IMG/VR virus record: IMGVR_UViG_3300031652_000001
Reading direction: 5' to 3' (one strand)
Source of the DNA: a virus
DNA: 64,000 nt
Part shown: positions 17,533 to 28,162 of the stretch, one piece after another
Layout: every line of letters begins with the position of its first letter
Position numbering within the stretch: the first letter of the stretch is position 1
Position numbers and translations under genes: made by a program
Notes under the pieces: model-generated
Database searches by the model: none
What the model saw: the letters and a program-made list of their open reading frames with translations, nothing else
Told to the model about the DNA's origin: nothing

Positions 17533-17886
17533 TCAGTTCTCATCCGATATGTTTGCTTTCGCAGCATTTCTCGAAGCCTTACTCCCCATCAACATCTTGA
17601 TCCGATCACCAAACATCTGTCTGACAATCCCATACGTTGTCGCCGAAAGAGAACCAGCCACAAGTCCAATAATGGCATTTTGAGCCGTCTCCTTCATCGG
17701 TGACAGCTGAGGAATCATCGCCAGACCAACACCGAGAAATACCGGCAATATCCTCAAAATGGCTTTCCACAACTTCGTGTTCTCAATTTTATCGGGAAGA
17801 ATCTGGCGTATCACCCAGATTATTGTCCCAACACCCAACAAAATTAGGACGGTGTTTTGATTAATAATTGCATCTACAACACTCAT
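17533..17886 (-). CDS. Holin candidate
   Basis: 117 aa, three hydrophobic segments, charged C-terminus. Confidence 0.6.
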   Translation of the reverse strand: MSVVDAIINQNTVLILLGVGTIIWVIRQILPDKIENTKLWKAILRILPVFLGVGLAMIPQLSPMKETAQNAIIGLVAGSLSATTYGIVRQMFGDRIKMLMGSKASRNAAKANISDEN

Positions 17887-18065
17887 GAGTCATCTCCTTC
17901 TACTTCCTTAGCAAACTCATCAAGGAGCTTGGTAAGCTTATCAGCCAATACCTTAGAGGCTGACATTCCTCTTTTGGCTGCAATCTTAGTCAACAATATG
18001 AACAATTTCCTTGGAACAGCCATAGGAACGATCACATAGTTGGCCTGGTCCTTTTCGCTTATCAT
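17883..18065 (-). CDS. Ribbon-helix-helix (CopG-like) DNA-binding protein
   Basis: VPMAVPRKLFILLTKIAAKRGMSASKVL. Confidence 0.55.
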   Translation of the reverse strand: MISEKDQANYVIVPMAVPRKLFILLTKIAAKRGMSASKVLADKLTKLLDEFAKEVEGDDS

Positions 18066-18745
18066 TTTCTCGTATATCTATCGGCCATACTCCGAAAGTC
18101 TTTTGCACTATACGGATATATGCCGCCACCTATTTGCATGGTCTCAGAAAATGACAATGGTAGATTAGCGTACCTCGTGTTCCCAGTCTGAAACCAATTC
18201 ATCCGGCTCACAGCAACCTCATCAAGATGGACGTAAATGCCGTTTCCACCACTCTCAAAACCATACTGAGATTGACCAAACGTCTCACCAGCAGCCCAGT
18301 TGACACCAAGGGATACCTTTGGTGCAAACAACCACAAGACAGGTGGAGCAACCGAAACAACACTATCACCTATGGTGCTATAAGAAAGAGTCCCAAGCAT
18401 TCTCAACCAAGCTATGGCGCCCTCAATGTCAACGTTGAACTTATCTTCATCAACATCCTTGCCTATCTCACCATCTATATCTCTAGAAAAAGTTACCGAA
18501 AAACTGATCGTGTGATCACCTCCGCTTGTCCACTGTTTCAACGGTAATGGAGATCCAGGTATTTCTATGCTTTGCCAATTAGAAGACTGACTCGTATCAA
18601 TCGTCTCAGGCCAATACTGAAGAGTTTTCTTTCCACCATATGCTTGGTTTTCTTTACCATTACTATCAAGCGGCATTATCACAAATTCAGCCGGTTTTTG
18701 ATACGTAATAAACGGACCTTCCATGCCCGAAAACGGACCAGCCAT
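18062..18745 (-). CDS. Baseplate tube-initiator protein (T4 gp48/54 or CIS-tube-like)
   Basis: QYWPETI...W..IEIPG...QWTSGGDHTISFSVTF...PPVLWL. Confidence 0.65.
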   Translation of the reverse strand: MAGPFSGMEGPFITYQKPAEFVIMPLDSNGKENQAYGGKKTLQYWPETIDTSQSSNWQSIEIPGSPLPLKQWTSGGDHTISFSVTFSRDIDGEIGKDVDEDKFNVDIEGAIAWLRMLGTLSYSTIGDSVVSVAPPVLWLFAPKVSLGVNWAAGETFGQSQYGFESGGNGIYVHLDEVAVSRMNWFQTGNTRYANLPLSFSETMQIGGGIYPYSAKDFRSMADRYTRK

Positions 18746-18748
18746 GAC

Positions 18749-20947
18749 TCAATACACCTTTCTGTCATCCACCTCAAAAACAGAGTACTGGAAGACTTCA
18801 TCACTTCCAGTACCGTTCTGGATCCTGAATCCACTACTATAATAAACATTTGCCTGACTACCGCCACTTGTTGCTCCCCAGAACCCAGCATTTCCCCATA
18901 CCAACGAAACCGCAGTCCCAACGAAAGCATACAATGCAAACTCACCAGCAACCGTGGCCCGAATCATAAACAGACCAAAATGCTGAGCTAAAGAAACCAG
19001 AATTGAATTTCCATTCGCGAGATCAAGTTCAAAACCTAGAGTGAACAAACCACCCATTCTATCGTTTGATCCTTCATATCTCCACATCCCACCCATCGTC
19101 TGCCATTCATCCTGATCCCATGGTTCAGCTTCAGCAGAAGTATCATGATAATAAACACCAAATACCTTAACGTCATCCCTCGGGTTCATTGCTATACCCA
19201 TAGCATCGAAGGAATTAGTTTTCACATCAAACCCACTGGAGGAATAAAAAGCATTTGTCGTTATCCAAGCACGATCATAATCTGGAGAACTCAACTGAAG
19301 ACCAGCATCATAAGGCTGACCGAAATCAATACCACAACCTACTAGACATCTCACAGCACTACGGACTCTGACTTCATCAAATAAATCCATGATGCCATTG
19401 TCGTTAAAATATTCAACAGAACCATTACCCCATCTCATAATCACATCAAATGGATCAGAATCCGATCTTGTTACGGCGGCAATTGAATATGGTGAAACAA
19501 GTGTTGTTGCCGCGACAGAATTCTCCAACGTAGCAATGAAAAACTTTCCTTGATAAATACCATAAACACAAATATCCCCACCAGTATTTGTTTTTATGTT
19601 TCCGTCAACAGAATCAATATAGGCACTTCCTTGAATAACAACATATCCATTCTGATTCACGTATTTTGATGTGGTTTGAGCTGTGACTCCAGAATCAGCA
19701 GCCAAACCACCATTTCGATACACTAAAGTGTATGTTGTCGATAAAGTCCTAAGATCTATCTGTGTCTCATTGACAGCACTGAGAAGCGTCTCTAGCGCCT
19801 CCTGTATCGATGACGAATTCGGTATCGTCCACCGATCATAGGGCTCAGCTCCAGTCGTTCCAGCTGCCTTTGCATACGACCTCTCAGCATGTACAAAAGC
19901 ATCCAATGTTGAATGAGGAATACTATCCAGAGTCGTTGGGATGTCCTCGATAGATACCTGCTTTGTATAAAGCAAATACACCGACGAATCGGGAACGGTC
20001 CCACCACTCGAAGACAACTGAACATACGGGTTCTCATAAAACCCATCAGCATCAGCATGCGTAGATGGAATAAGTGCTGCCGAATCATCATTGGTTCTAA
20101 GATTTGAAACATAAACTAACGAATTATCTGTAAGAACCCTTCTATCATCCCCGTATATCGATGAAGTTGACAAAACAAGGAACAGACCTCTGACTGAAGA
20201 AGTATAGGAACCATTACCAACAAAGACTTTTCCAGTAATCTGGAAACGTTCACCACTTGGAGTAAACTGTTCTTTTACCCGAACAGACATAAATCCATCC
20301 GTATATTCCTCTGTCATGAATCTATTCGTAGCACTGGGGGGAGTGGTACCCGGATAACCAGTAAATGCATCCTTCTCATCAGATGTCGGAATGGCATACG
20401 CTTGAACATTCGAGAGATACCCATATCTACGGTCAGTACTCAGAACCGATCCCTCTGTAGTGCGAAGTGGATATGGAACAGGTTTTGCTGAATCAAGAGC
20501 CTCAAAAGTAGCTTGGTCCAAACCAGTATCGGTGGCATGAATCGTTATTTTGAAAAACACCAAATCATCCTTACCGACAAGCTTGCTTGCAGATGGGACG
20601 ACATCTGTAAAAAAATATTCTCCAGTTGTTGGATTTCCGCTTGAATAATCAATCCTTATACCAACATACCATTCTTGTGTAGTGGCAGCCGGAAACAACG
20701 ATGAACAATCAATTGTGGCAACGTCCGGATCTCTTACCAATAAACCAAAACCATTTATCGTATCCCTGACAACAAACGTCCCACCATTCACTCTGAGTGT
20801 CACTGTATCAGAGTAGTCAACATCGCCACCATCATGTAAACCAGGTGGGAAAATTGCTGTCTTCCTGTTCAAACCTTCGCTGACATATGTCTCATCCCAA
20901 CGAATCTTAATCTTCTCTTGCGCCACTGATGTGGTCAGCTCTGCCAT
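18749..20947 (-). CDS. Tail fibre / baseplate-associated protein
   Basis: 732 aa, beta-rich, Gly/Ser/Thr-rich; in the fibre block. Confidence 0.6.
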   Translation of the reverse strand: MAELTTSVAQEKIKIRWDETYVSEGLNRKTAIFPPGLHDGGDVDYSDTVTLRVNGGTFVVRDTINGFGLLVRDPDVATIDCSSLFPAATTQEWYVGIRIDYSSGNPTTGEYFFTDVVPSASKLVGKDDLVFFKITIHATDTGLDQATFEALDSAKPVPYPLRTTEGSVLSTDRRYGYLSNVQAYAIPTSDEKDAFTGYPGTTPPSATNRFMTEEYTDGFMSVRVKEQFTPSGERFQITGKVFVGNGSYTSSVRGLFLVLSTSSIYGDDRRVLTDNSLVYVSNLRTNDDSAALIPSTHADADGFYENPYVQLSSSGGTVPDSSVYLLYTKQVSIEDIPTTLDSIPHSTLDAFVHAERSYAKAAGTTGAEPYDRWTIPNSSSIQEALETLLSAVNETQIDLRTLSTTYTLVYRNGGLAADSGVTAQTTSKYVNQNGYVVIQGSAYIDSVDGNIKTNTGGDICVYGIYQGKFFIATLENSVAATTLVSPYSIAAVTRSDSDPFDVIMRWGNGSVEYFNDNGIMDLFDEVRVRSAVRCLVGCGIDFGQPYDAGLQLSSPDYDRAWITTNAFYSSSGFDVKTNSFDAMGIAMNPRDDVKVFGVYYHDTSAEAEPWDQDEWQTMGGMWRYEGSNDRMGGLFTLGFELDLANGNSILVSLAQHFGLFMIRATVAGEFALYAFVGTAVSLVWGNAGFWGATSGGSQANVYYSSGFRIQNGTGSDEVFQYSVFEVDDRKVY

Positions 20948-20959
20948 GATGACATCTCC

Positions 20960-21958
20960 TCAGAATATGAAGTCGAAAGTATGCACTACTTCCAGTGGTG
21001 CAACTTTTCTCTGTTTGTCAAAAGTGAAATATCCAAGCATCACATCATTGTCATCGAATATCCCACCTTCAAAATAGTATGGAGTCCCACCATACGTTGC
21101 TCCTCGTCCATCATCGATGCCCTCCACAGCCTGTAGTTTTATCGTACATCGGACTGTCGCGTAGCCTACACCCCTGAATTCGACTTTCGTATCTGCATCG
21201 GCACCAAATGACTTCGTAAAAGTAAACAGCTCTGGATTTCCATCAGCAGCCAAAGGTGAGCTTTCAGACTCAAGCTCCGTATAGGCCAACCCAGCAGATG
21301 CATCCTTTTTCAAGTCATGATATTTGAACCTCACACGAACAATGTTTCCAAGAGTAACAGGACTCATGAACGTTACTGACAAATTTCCATTCTTGTAGTT
21401 TACAGATCCAGTTCCATTGCCTGTCAATGTTCCAGAACCAGTTGTATCGGTCATCGTTTGAACAACGACAAGACCAGGCGTCACTTCTTCTACAACAAGA
21501 GGATAATGCTTTGCATCATCTATTGGGCCTATCGCCACAGGAAGCCTGCTGACATATAGAAGACCATCTGGAGTCGAATCTGTGAAATCCTCATTCATGA
21601 CAATAAAAGTATTTCCACCTAACTCCGTTGCTCCACCTGTAGCAACCGTATAGTTGCCATTATTACCAGAAGAATTTTCAACCTTCACAAGAGCACCATC
21701 TGGAAAAAAATCGGCATGTTCACCAGAAATTTCAAACTCATTCGCAACCACATCTACACCAATGACAGAAAAGTCCCCTCCACTCACCGTGTGTGTATAT
21801 GTGCTTTCAGTTCCAGTAGCCGACTCCTCAATTACTTCCATAACCTCAGATGATAAAACAAAACCACCTTCTCCGATTTTGAAATACGAAATCCTATCCA
21901 TAACCATCTGAGCAATCGCATCCAAACCTGCCGTAGTCCGTACCGCCGTTCCACTCAT
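20960..21958 (-). CDS. Tail-collar/fibre-attachment protein (DUF3751-like) with inserted beta modules
   Basis: TTAGLDAIA...YFKIGEGG N-terminus and FEGGIFD...MLGYFTF C-terminus. Confidence 0.6.
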   Translation of the reverse strand: MSGTAVRTTAGLDAIAQMVMDRISYFKIGEGGFVLSSEVMEVIEESATGTESTYTHTVSGGDFSVIGVDVVANEFEISGEHADFFPDGALVKVENSSGNNGNYTVATGGATELGGNTFIVMNEDFTDSTPDGLLYVSRLPVAIGPIDDAKHYPLVVEEVTPGLVVVQTMTDTTGSGTLTGNGTGSVNYKNGNLSVTFMSPVTLGNIVRVRFKYHDLKKDASAGLAYTELESESSPLAADGNPELFTFTKSFGADADTKVEFRGVGYATVRCTIKLQAVEGIDDGRGATYGGTPYYFEGGIFDDNDVMLGYFTFDKQRKVAPLEVVHTFDFIF

Positions 21959-21968
21959 TTTATCCTCC

Positions 21969-22517
21969 TCACCATGAAGTATCATCCAATTTCACATGCA
22001 ATCCACTCTCATCAGTACTTGCTTCGTCAGCAGGAACAATATCAAAGTGGTAAACGATATTTACTAAGTAATATTCCTCTATGACTTCTCTCAAAATCTC
22101 ATCATGAATCGGCAATATGTCCCGTTCTATCTTCAAGAAAAGCCTTTCCCAAGCATCAGTAAGAGTAAATTGATCAGAACCAGAAATCTGCCCTGGAGTT
22201 ACACTCAACTTCACAAAATAGGTTGGGCATTTACCACAATTAACTCCACAACCACCCTCAACAGGATCATAATCAGCTGTTATTTCTGTGCCAATTACTG
22301 GACTCGGACCATAGAAATCAAAAGCTATCCACCCATTTTCATAATCAACAATCCCTATCCCAGTACCTGATAGATCCCCGAGACCATCATCTGTCAATAT
22401 TTTATCGTTTACACCATCCCTACACAAGATGACCAAAGATCCAGGAATTATCGGATAACAACCAAGTTGAATCAGATAAACATCTTCACCAGTAGCAAAT
22501 TCCCAATCAAACGCCAT
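21969..22517 (-). CDS. Baseplate wedge protein, probable C-terminal half of a P2 gpI-like subunit
   Basis: Shared beta module followed by ERL...ILPIH end motif. Confidence 0.5.
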   Translation of the reverse strand: MAFDWEFATGEDVYLIQLGCYPIIPGSLVILCRDGVNDKILTDDGLGDLSGTGIGIVDYENGWIAFDFYGPSPVIGTEITADYDPVEGGCGVNCGKCPTYFVKLSVTPGQISGSDQFTLTDAWERLFLKIERDILPIHDEILREVIEEYYLVNIVYHFDIVPADEASTDESGLHVKLDDTSW

Positions 22518-22526
22518 CTATATCTC

Positions 22527-24728
22527 CTAGTCCCAAAGCACTGGTGCCTCTTTCGTTACTTCATTCCCAAACTCATCAGTAGCCGTAACCCGAACGACCA
22601 CTGTTATATTTTCATCCCAAGGAGAATCCTTTTCAACTTTTATGATCGTTCTCTGAGGGTCTGCTTGGTGAAAATCCACATATGAATCAGAACCGTTGTA
22701 TGGAGCAACAAAGGATCCATTTACATATGCATCAACAAAAGCATCACCATCTTCACTTATCTGTATAGTTACATCCTGAATTCTGCTCGAAAAACAATAT
22801 ATTTCAGTGGTCGCTGCAATGAACAAAATCGAAACACCTGTTTGAGTATCATCAGGAGTCGAATCAATAAATCTTGGCTCTATCTCTGAAGCTATTCCTC
22901 CAAACTGGTTTCTTCCGAATGTATTTTGACCAAAACCAATATCATCTCCGAAGAACTCAACCGGAACAGGTGGTTCTTCTATCGTTATCTGATATCCATT
23001 CGAAAGGTTTCCGCCTGAATTCGTAACAAACACCCACCCATTACCATAAAAAGCACCTTCGTTGTCCATGGTAAAAACAGCTTCACTATCAGAAATGGTT
23101 GTAGGCACCTGAACATATTTGTTTGCTGTCGCATATACTGAATCATCACATACCTCAATAGTCAGATCAGTTGTTCCAAAAAAGGTACCTGTTATGGTTG
23201 CCTGTTCAGAATTACCAAGACTGGATGGAGACACATCAGTAATGGTCGGATCGGCATCAAGCGTTATCGCAAACCCAGCACTTATTTGTCCAAGAGGTGT
23301 CGTAACAAAAACATAACATGTCCCACTCGACAAGGTCCCTCGATTCACTGTGATTTCGAGCTGACCATTCAGTTGTGACGTAACCGTTTGAGTCGCCAAG
23401 TTGGCCAAACTATGATCAGCATTGTCACCAATCTCAACAATCGAACCAGACTCCATAAAATCAAAACCATCAACCAAAACACCAGTCTGACCATTATAAA
23501 GAGTCGTTGGCGCTACTGAAGAAATTGCCGGTGCCTTCCATCCAACAGCAACTACCAAATTATCGTAATAAGTCGTTGAATATGAACCACCAAAAGGGTC
23601 TGGAGCAGCAAACGCAGCATACAATGCCCCTCGGTAATGCCTTGTTCCAGATGGATTATCAACCTGTGAAACTACACCATCTGTATCGGCACAAGTTCCT
23701 ATATAGACAGTATCTCCATTAGAAACCTCAATATTTGATACATCAGAAAAAGCCCACTCGTCAGCAATGCAAGAAATCCCTGTGTTATCTGCCCATATCA
23801 ATTCAGCAGTGTCTGGAACAGCACCCTTATAGAGATTCTTCTTCATTAAACCTGACACCATAGAATGGGCACCAACTTTAGTAATGACCATATCGTCACT
23901 CAGGACATAATCCTCTATTACGTGCTGATTTGCAGCTGTTGTCGTTCGAGTCTCTGTGTCCTGAGTTCCAAACAATATCGATTCCATACTGAAAGAAACC
24001 GATAGACCAGTATCGTTCACAAGACCAAGATTGGTCTCCACAAAAATATAGTACGAACCAGACGTGAAAGTACCTTCATCAACTGTGAATCTTATTTCAT
24101 CATCTGTCTGACTATCTTTCGGCTGAGATCTCTTATTCGCAGTTAAAAAATCTGGACCATCACAGAGCCACACAGTGGCACCAGAACCCATAAAATTAGT
24201 CCCACCCAGTGAGACCTTCTCTTGACCTCTATAAAGCGTTGACGAGGCAATGGTGGTTACTGTCGGAGCTATCCAACCAAGTGCTGCTCCAGCAATCCGA
24301 TATGTTGTATCACTACTGTAACCAGATATTGTACTTGGAGCAGAAAATGAAGCATACGACTGAGGACCATTAAAATATCTGGTAGCGCCACCAGCAGCTT
24401 TTAAACCAGCTGCACCATCTACACTCGGAAAAACACCAATACAGTATTCACCACCAGCTGAAACAGCAATTGGACTTGGAAGATTTATTTCATTCCATCC
24501 GACAGAAACAGCTATTGTCCCAGTGTCATCCGCCCAAAGCAAATCACCAGGAACACCACCAGACGCCTCATAGACTTGAAGCTTAATAAATCCATCGACA
24601 AGAACATGGATTTTTATTTTCGTTATAAATCCATCATAAACAGAAACGTCTGGATCAACTTCATGGTAAGAGGATGATCCGTTTGATGTCGAAATCGTTG
24701 TGTCGTCACCCAAAAAAACTATTTCCAT
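22527..24728 (-). CDS. Virion surface protein with two duplicated beta-sandwich + IPT/TIG units and a third IPT
   Basis: Internal ~245-aa duplication (LLWADDTG/LIWADNTG; GWIAP/GWKAP); G.F IPT motifs; FG-rich segment. Confidence 0.6.
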   Translation of the reverse strand: MEIVFLGDDTTISTSNGSSSYHEVDPDVSVYDGFITKIKIHVLVDGFIKLQVYEASGGVPGDLLWADDTGTIAVSVGWNEINLPSPIAVSAGGEYCIGVFPSVDGAAGLKAAGGATRYFNGPQSYASFSAPSTISGYSSDTTYRIAGAALGWIAPTVTTIASSTLYRGQEKVSLGGTNFMGSGATVWLCDGPDFLTANKRSQPKDSQTDDEIRFTVDEGTFTSGSYYIFVETNLGLVNDTGLSVSFSMESILFGTQDTETRTTTAANQHVIEDYVLSDDMVITKVGAHSMVSGLMKKNLYKGAVPDTAELIWADNTGISCIADEWAFSDVSNIEVSNGDTVYIGTCADTDGVVSQVDNPSGTRHYRGALYAAFAAPDPFGGSYSTTYYDNLVVAVGWKAPAISSVAPTTLYNGQTGVLVDGFDFMESGSIVEIGDNADHSLANLATQTVTSQLNGQLEITVNRGTLSSGTCYVFVTTPLGQISAGFAITLDADPTITDVSPSSLGNSEQATITGTFFGTTDLTIEVCDDSVYATANKYVQVPTTISDSEAVFTMDNEGAFYGNGWVFVTNSGGNLSNGYQITIEEPPVPVEFFGDDIGFGQNTFGRNQFGGIASEIEPRFIDSTPDDTQTGVSILFIAATTEIYCFSSRIQDVTIQISEDGDAFVDAYVNGSFVAPYNGSDSYVDFHQADPQRTIIKVEKDSPWDENITVVVRVTATDEFGNEVTKEAPVLWD

Positions 24729-24871
24729 CGCCTTCCTCCATCATCCAGTATAAAAACCACAAAAACTTTTTTGGACTCACCAAAAAGAAGAACATGAGAC
24801 CAACTGATACTGGTAACACTCGCTCCAGTATCAGTTGGATAATTCGAAAAAGAAATAGATGGAACAGACAT
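24719..24871 (-). CDS. 50-aa ORF (MSVPSISF...), possible fibre-gene remnant; contains a 14-bp hairpin
   Basis: GAGG SD; fills the gap between two fibre genes. Confidence 0.35.
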   Translation of the reverse strand: MSVPSISFSNYPTDTGASVTSISWSHVLLFGESKKVFVVFILDDGGRRWK

Positions 24872-24878
24872 AAAACCT

Positions 24879-27671
24879 CTATACAGCAAAAACGTCACTT
24901 ATTGATGCATAGTATGCACTACCACTGTAGTAAACAGTGACAATCTTCCTTTCATATGCAAGTATAGAAAACGGTGGCCCTGCATTATCCCAATACCATG
25001 TCGCCGGAAAATAAACCGAGACAGAACTAGTTGCATAAAACCTGATCTGAAATTTTCCTGGATATAAAGGAGCCGTTACTGTCCAAGAGTTGATGCTCGT
25101 ACTTGTCCCACAATAGAAAAAGTTGTTGTCATTGAAGTCGATTGCACAATCATTCGAAACAACACTTAAAGCTGTTTCAGCTGTTGAACCAAAAAAAGCC
25201 GATCCTTCATTAACAAGGATTGGACCACCTTCAAATTGAAGGTGGCCACTCCCAATATTTATCTCAGCATATGTTGTATCCCTGTGAATTTGTATCCACT
25301 GGGTATTATCTGTATCAGGATCTGTCTGACTAAACAAATAAATCGATGGAGAAGACATCGTATCAAGTCGGTCATGATCCTTCGCGTAATTTGCATCAGT
25401 AGTGAGAATCAAGTTGTAATTTATAGAACTTGAAAAAGCCCAATGGAAACCATCATCCGTATATGAACTCATCGTTGATGTAGTTCCACTTGAATATATA
25501 AAATTTAAATATTCAGTAAGGGAACTAGAAACCTTTATCGTAAGCGTACCGTCTATCTCGACATCAGCCTCAAATAAAGACGCCGTTTCAGCCCACAGAC
25601 CAGTATCCTCAAGACGAAGATGATCTCCAGTTTGAACTTTTATGTTCAAATCAGAGTAACTATCTATATACATTCGAGCATAAATATCGTTATCGACACT
25701 CGGATCTGAATTTCCAAAAATGTACAAAGCTGGAGAATTGTACGACGTACTTATTCCATGAGTCTGACCAACATAATCGTATTTCACAAAAGCAAAAACG
25801 TTCCGATGTTGAGCAGCAAGGTGCAATCCATCATCCAAGCTCTTGTCAAATTGAGCAATCTGTGTCGTACCATTATACAGCTTATATGCATCTGAAATTA
25901 CCTGAGTCCCTACTTCAAGAGAACCATCTATATAGACATCACCTTGAGCCGAAGCGAAATCAGGAGTCGCAATTGTTCCAAGTTTTATATATCCAGAACC
26001 AGTATTTATAACAGCAGCTGGAATCGTAGAGTCATACATAAAGTACATATATTGTGTATTATCAGTATCAACACTGGTCGATCCATATACGAAAACATGA
26101 ACTGTATCGTCCGCAATACCTTGATCATGATCCCTTGGGTAATTACCCAAGGTCGTGAACATTATGTGATTATTACCACTGCTCGCATCAACACCTGGAG
26201 AAATATGGATACCATCATCATACTCAAAACCAACTTTTAAAGCCTCATTAGTATTGTTACGACCAACAAACCATGGAACATCTCCAGCAATAGAAACGCT
26301 AAGGGCTCCACTAGAACTCGCATCATCACAATCTATGTTCAAACCATACCCACCCGTTGAGCTTGGAACAGTAAGAACAATCGTACCATTTATCGTATTT
26401 CCATTATCATGAGCCGACTGCAAAGATTGATTTCCAGCAGTATAAATCGCACCCAATAATGAAACACCATCTCCAAATCTTGTTACATAATTCGACCATT
26501 CTGTGCTCGAAGAGGCAAACCTAAAAGGATTCGTATAAGTAGAAGAACCCTTATATTGATCAGTGAAGAGAAGAGTACTATCTCCACCAATTGTCGTGGT
26601 ACTGCTCGAACTACCAGAAGCGCCAACCGAAACCGTTGCCGCATACGAAGAATTCGCAGATGCAGAAATAGTGAGATCAGCCGCAGCACCAGCCGACTGA
26701 GATAAAACGTTCACCGTAGATGTAAAGACACCTGTCGTTTCGGCACTCATATTCAGAGTCGGCGTACCGGCCCCTGAAGCCTTCAACGTAACATCTGATG
26801 TACCACCAGCCGTTCCAGCTGTGTCGGCCTGTAGAACCAGTGCAGTTGCCCCTCCAGGGGCTTTTGCCGATACCTCAGCACCAACCGTTTGAGTTGCATC
26901 ACCAGAAGACCGCAAATACAGATCTGCTCCTGTACAGCTCCCAGTGGCCTGAGAAAGAACTGCTACAGAAATTGGAGTAGCAGTAGCCGACCTCGCATTT
27001 TTTAACGAAAAGGAATCATGACTTGCCTCAAGAACAGGAGAACCAGAGTCATAGTAAGACCTATACATCTCTGTTCCAGCTGCCGAGAATCCCAATATCC
27101 CATCACCAGCAAGATACATTCCAGTGTCTTGATCAGCATAAAAACTGTAGCTCGGATCAGCTGCACTCTTTGATCCAATTTTCACACCAGAAATAAAATT
27201 CACAGGATACAGAAAAACTCCCGGATCATCATATCCCCAGCTGTACCCTCCATCAAACAATGAGAGAACCCCATTGATTTTTTCCTCGTATCCACGAGCC
27301 CCATTATATGGACTTTGAGAATTATCCTGGTTTGTCTCATTCAGTGCAGGGAGACTTGCTCCACTGTTTGCGAGTGGAATCCCGAGATACAAAGTTTTTT
27401 TCTGCTCATCTATTCCACCGGCATTAACCGTGAGACGAACAAGATATCCATAGCTGGTCGACAACGTGAATTCACACGTATGACTCGTTGGATTTATCAC
27501 CGTAATTGTCTCACCTGGAGGAGCGCTTATAATCTCCCAAAGATATGACGACTCCGATTTGTTTTGGGCTTCGCACTCCACAACGCCAGCCGAAAGATCC
27601 CTTCTGGCACGATCCCAATAGCTATACCCAACACCAGCTGGTTGATTTATTCTGAATGAAGCTAGAGCCAT
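24879..27671 (-). CDS. Long tail fibre protein
   Basis: N-terminal PKD-like domain (YLWEIISAP...YLVRLTVN), Ala/Ser/Gly/Thr-rich shaft, three DDGxH repeats. Confidence 0.7.
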   Translation of the reverse strand: MALASFRINQPAGVGYSYWDRARRDLSAGVVECEAQNKSESSYLWEIISAPPGETITVINPTSHTCEFTLSTSYGYLVRLTVNAGGIDEQKKTLYLGIPLANSGASLPALNETNQDNSQSPYNGARGYEEKINGVLSLFDGGYSWGYDDPGVFLYPVNFISGVKIGSKSAADPSYSFYADQDTGMYLAGDGILGFSAAGTEMYRSYYDSGSPVLEASHDSFSLKNARSATATPISVAVLSQATGSCTGADLYLRSSGDATQTVGAEVSAKAPGGATALVLQADTAGTAGGTSDVTLKASGAGTPTLNMSAETTGVFTSTVNVLSQSAGAAADLTISASANSSYAATVSVGASGSSSSTTTIGGDSTLLFTDQYKGSSTYTNPFRFASSSTEWSNYVTRFGDGVSLLGAIYTAGNQSLQSAHDNGNTINGTIVLTVPSSTGGYGLNIDCDDASSSGALSVSIAGDVPWFVGRNNTNEALKVGFEYDDGIHISPGVDASSGNNHIMFTTLGNYPRDHDQGIADDTVHVFVYGSTSVDTDNTQYMYFMYDSTIPAAVINTGSGYIKLGTIATPDFASAQGDVYIDGSLEVGTQVISDAYKLYNGTTQIAQFDKSLDDGLHLAAQHRNVFAFVKYDYVGQTHGISTSYNSPALYIFGNSDPSVDNDIYARMYIDSYSDLNIKVQTGDHLRLEDTGLWAETASLFEADVEIDGTLTIKVSSSLTEYLNFIYSSGTTSTMSSYTDDGFHWAFSSSINYNLILTTDANYAKDHDRLDTMSSPSIYLFSQTDPDTDNTQWIQIHRDTTYAEINIGSGHLQFEGGPILVNEGSAFFGSTAETALSVVSNDCAIDFNDNNFFYCGTSTSINSWTVTAPLYPGKFQIRFYATSSVSVYFPATWYWDNAGPPFSILAYERKIVTVYYSGSAYYASISDVFAV

Positions 27672-27681
27672 GTCATCCTCT

Positions 27682-28158
27682 CTACGTTATGGTACCTATG
27701 ACTTCACCACTCACATGTGGTCCAGTTGTTGTAAAGCTCGTTCCCGAATACCATATCTCAGAAACTTCAACGTTGAAGCCATGAATGGCACATAAAACCT
27801 TATAGGCATTCTCTGTTCCTTTTATGAGACGCCACCTTCCGGCAATCTCTATCTTTGTCCGTTGAAACTCCTCTGGCTCATCTAAATCGGGAACAATGCC
27901 GAAATTCCCCGCTATATACCTGAGTAAATCTGTTCTTGCCGTCCTTGGATCAAGAACATAATCATGAGACCTGTATATCAAATACCTGAGCTGATTGAAC
28001 GATGGCACAAGACATCGAACAAACTTCTCATACCATCCACCATTATCAAGATCTTCTTTCTTCTTATTCTCGGGAAGCTCCTCCCATAAAACCTGATATG
28101 CCCAATCAATCTGGCCAAAAGGTTCATCTCCAAACGGTCCACTTCCAAAGCCGCTCAT
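27682..28158 (-). CDS. Baseplate wedge subunit (P2 gpI-like), N-terminal half
   Basis: DPRTA...LLRYIA..FG...R..I.......IKGT motif; FGSGPFGDEPFG N-terminus. Confidence 0.65.
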   Translation of the reverse strand: MSGFGSGPFGDEPFGQIDWAYQVLWEELPENKKKEDLDNGGWYEKFVRCLVPSFNQLRYLIYRSHDYVLDPRTARTDLLRYIAGNFGIVPDLDEPEEFQRTKIEIAGRWRLIKGTENAYKVLCAIHGFNVEVSEIWYSGTSFTTTGPHVSGEVIGTIT

Positions 28159-28162
28159 TACA

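Noticed and set aside
24719-24780. -1 frameshift joining the 50-aa ORF to ORF 22527-24728 at the A/T runs
   Set aside because: The -1 frame meets a TGA before the downstream ATG, which has its own SD
18749-27671. Diversity-generating retroelement or invertible fibre cassette
   Set aside because: No reverse transcriptase or recombinase in the window, and no adenine-specific repeat pair noticed; a remote template cannot be excluded
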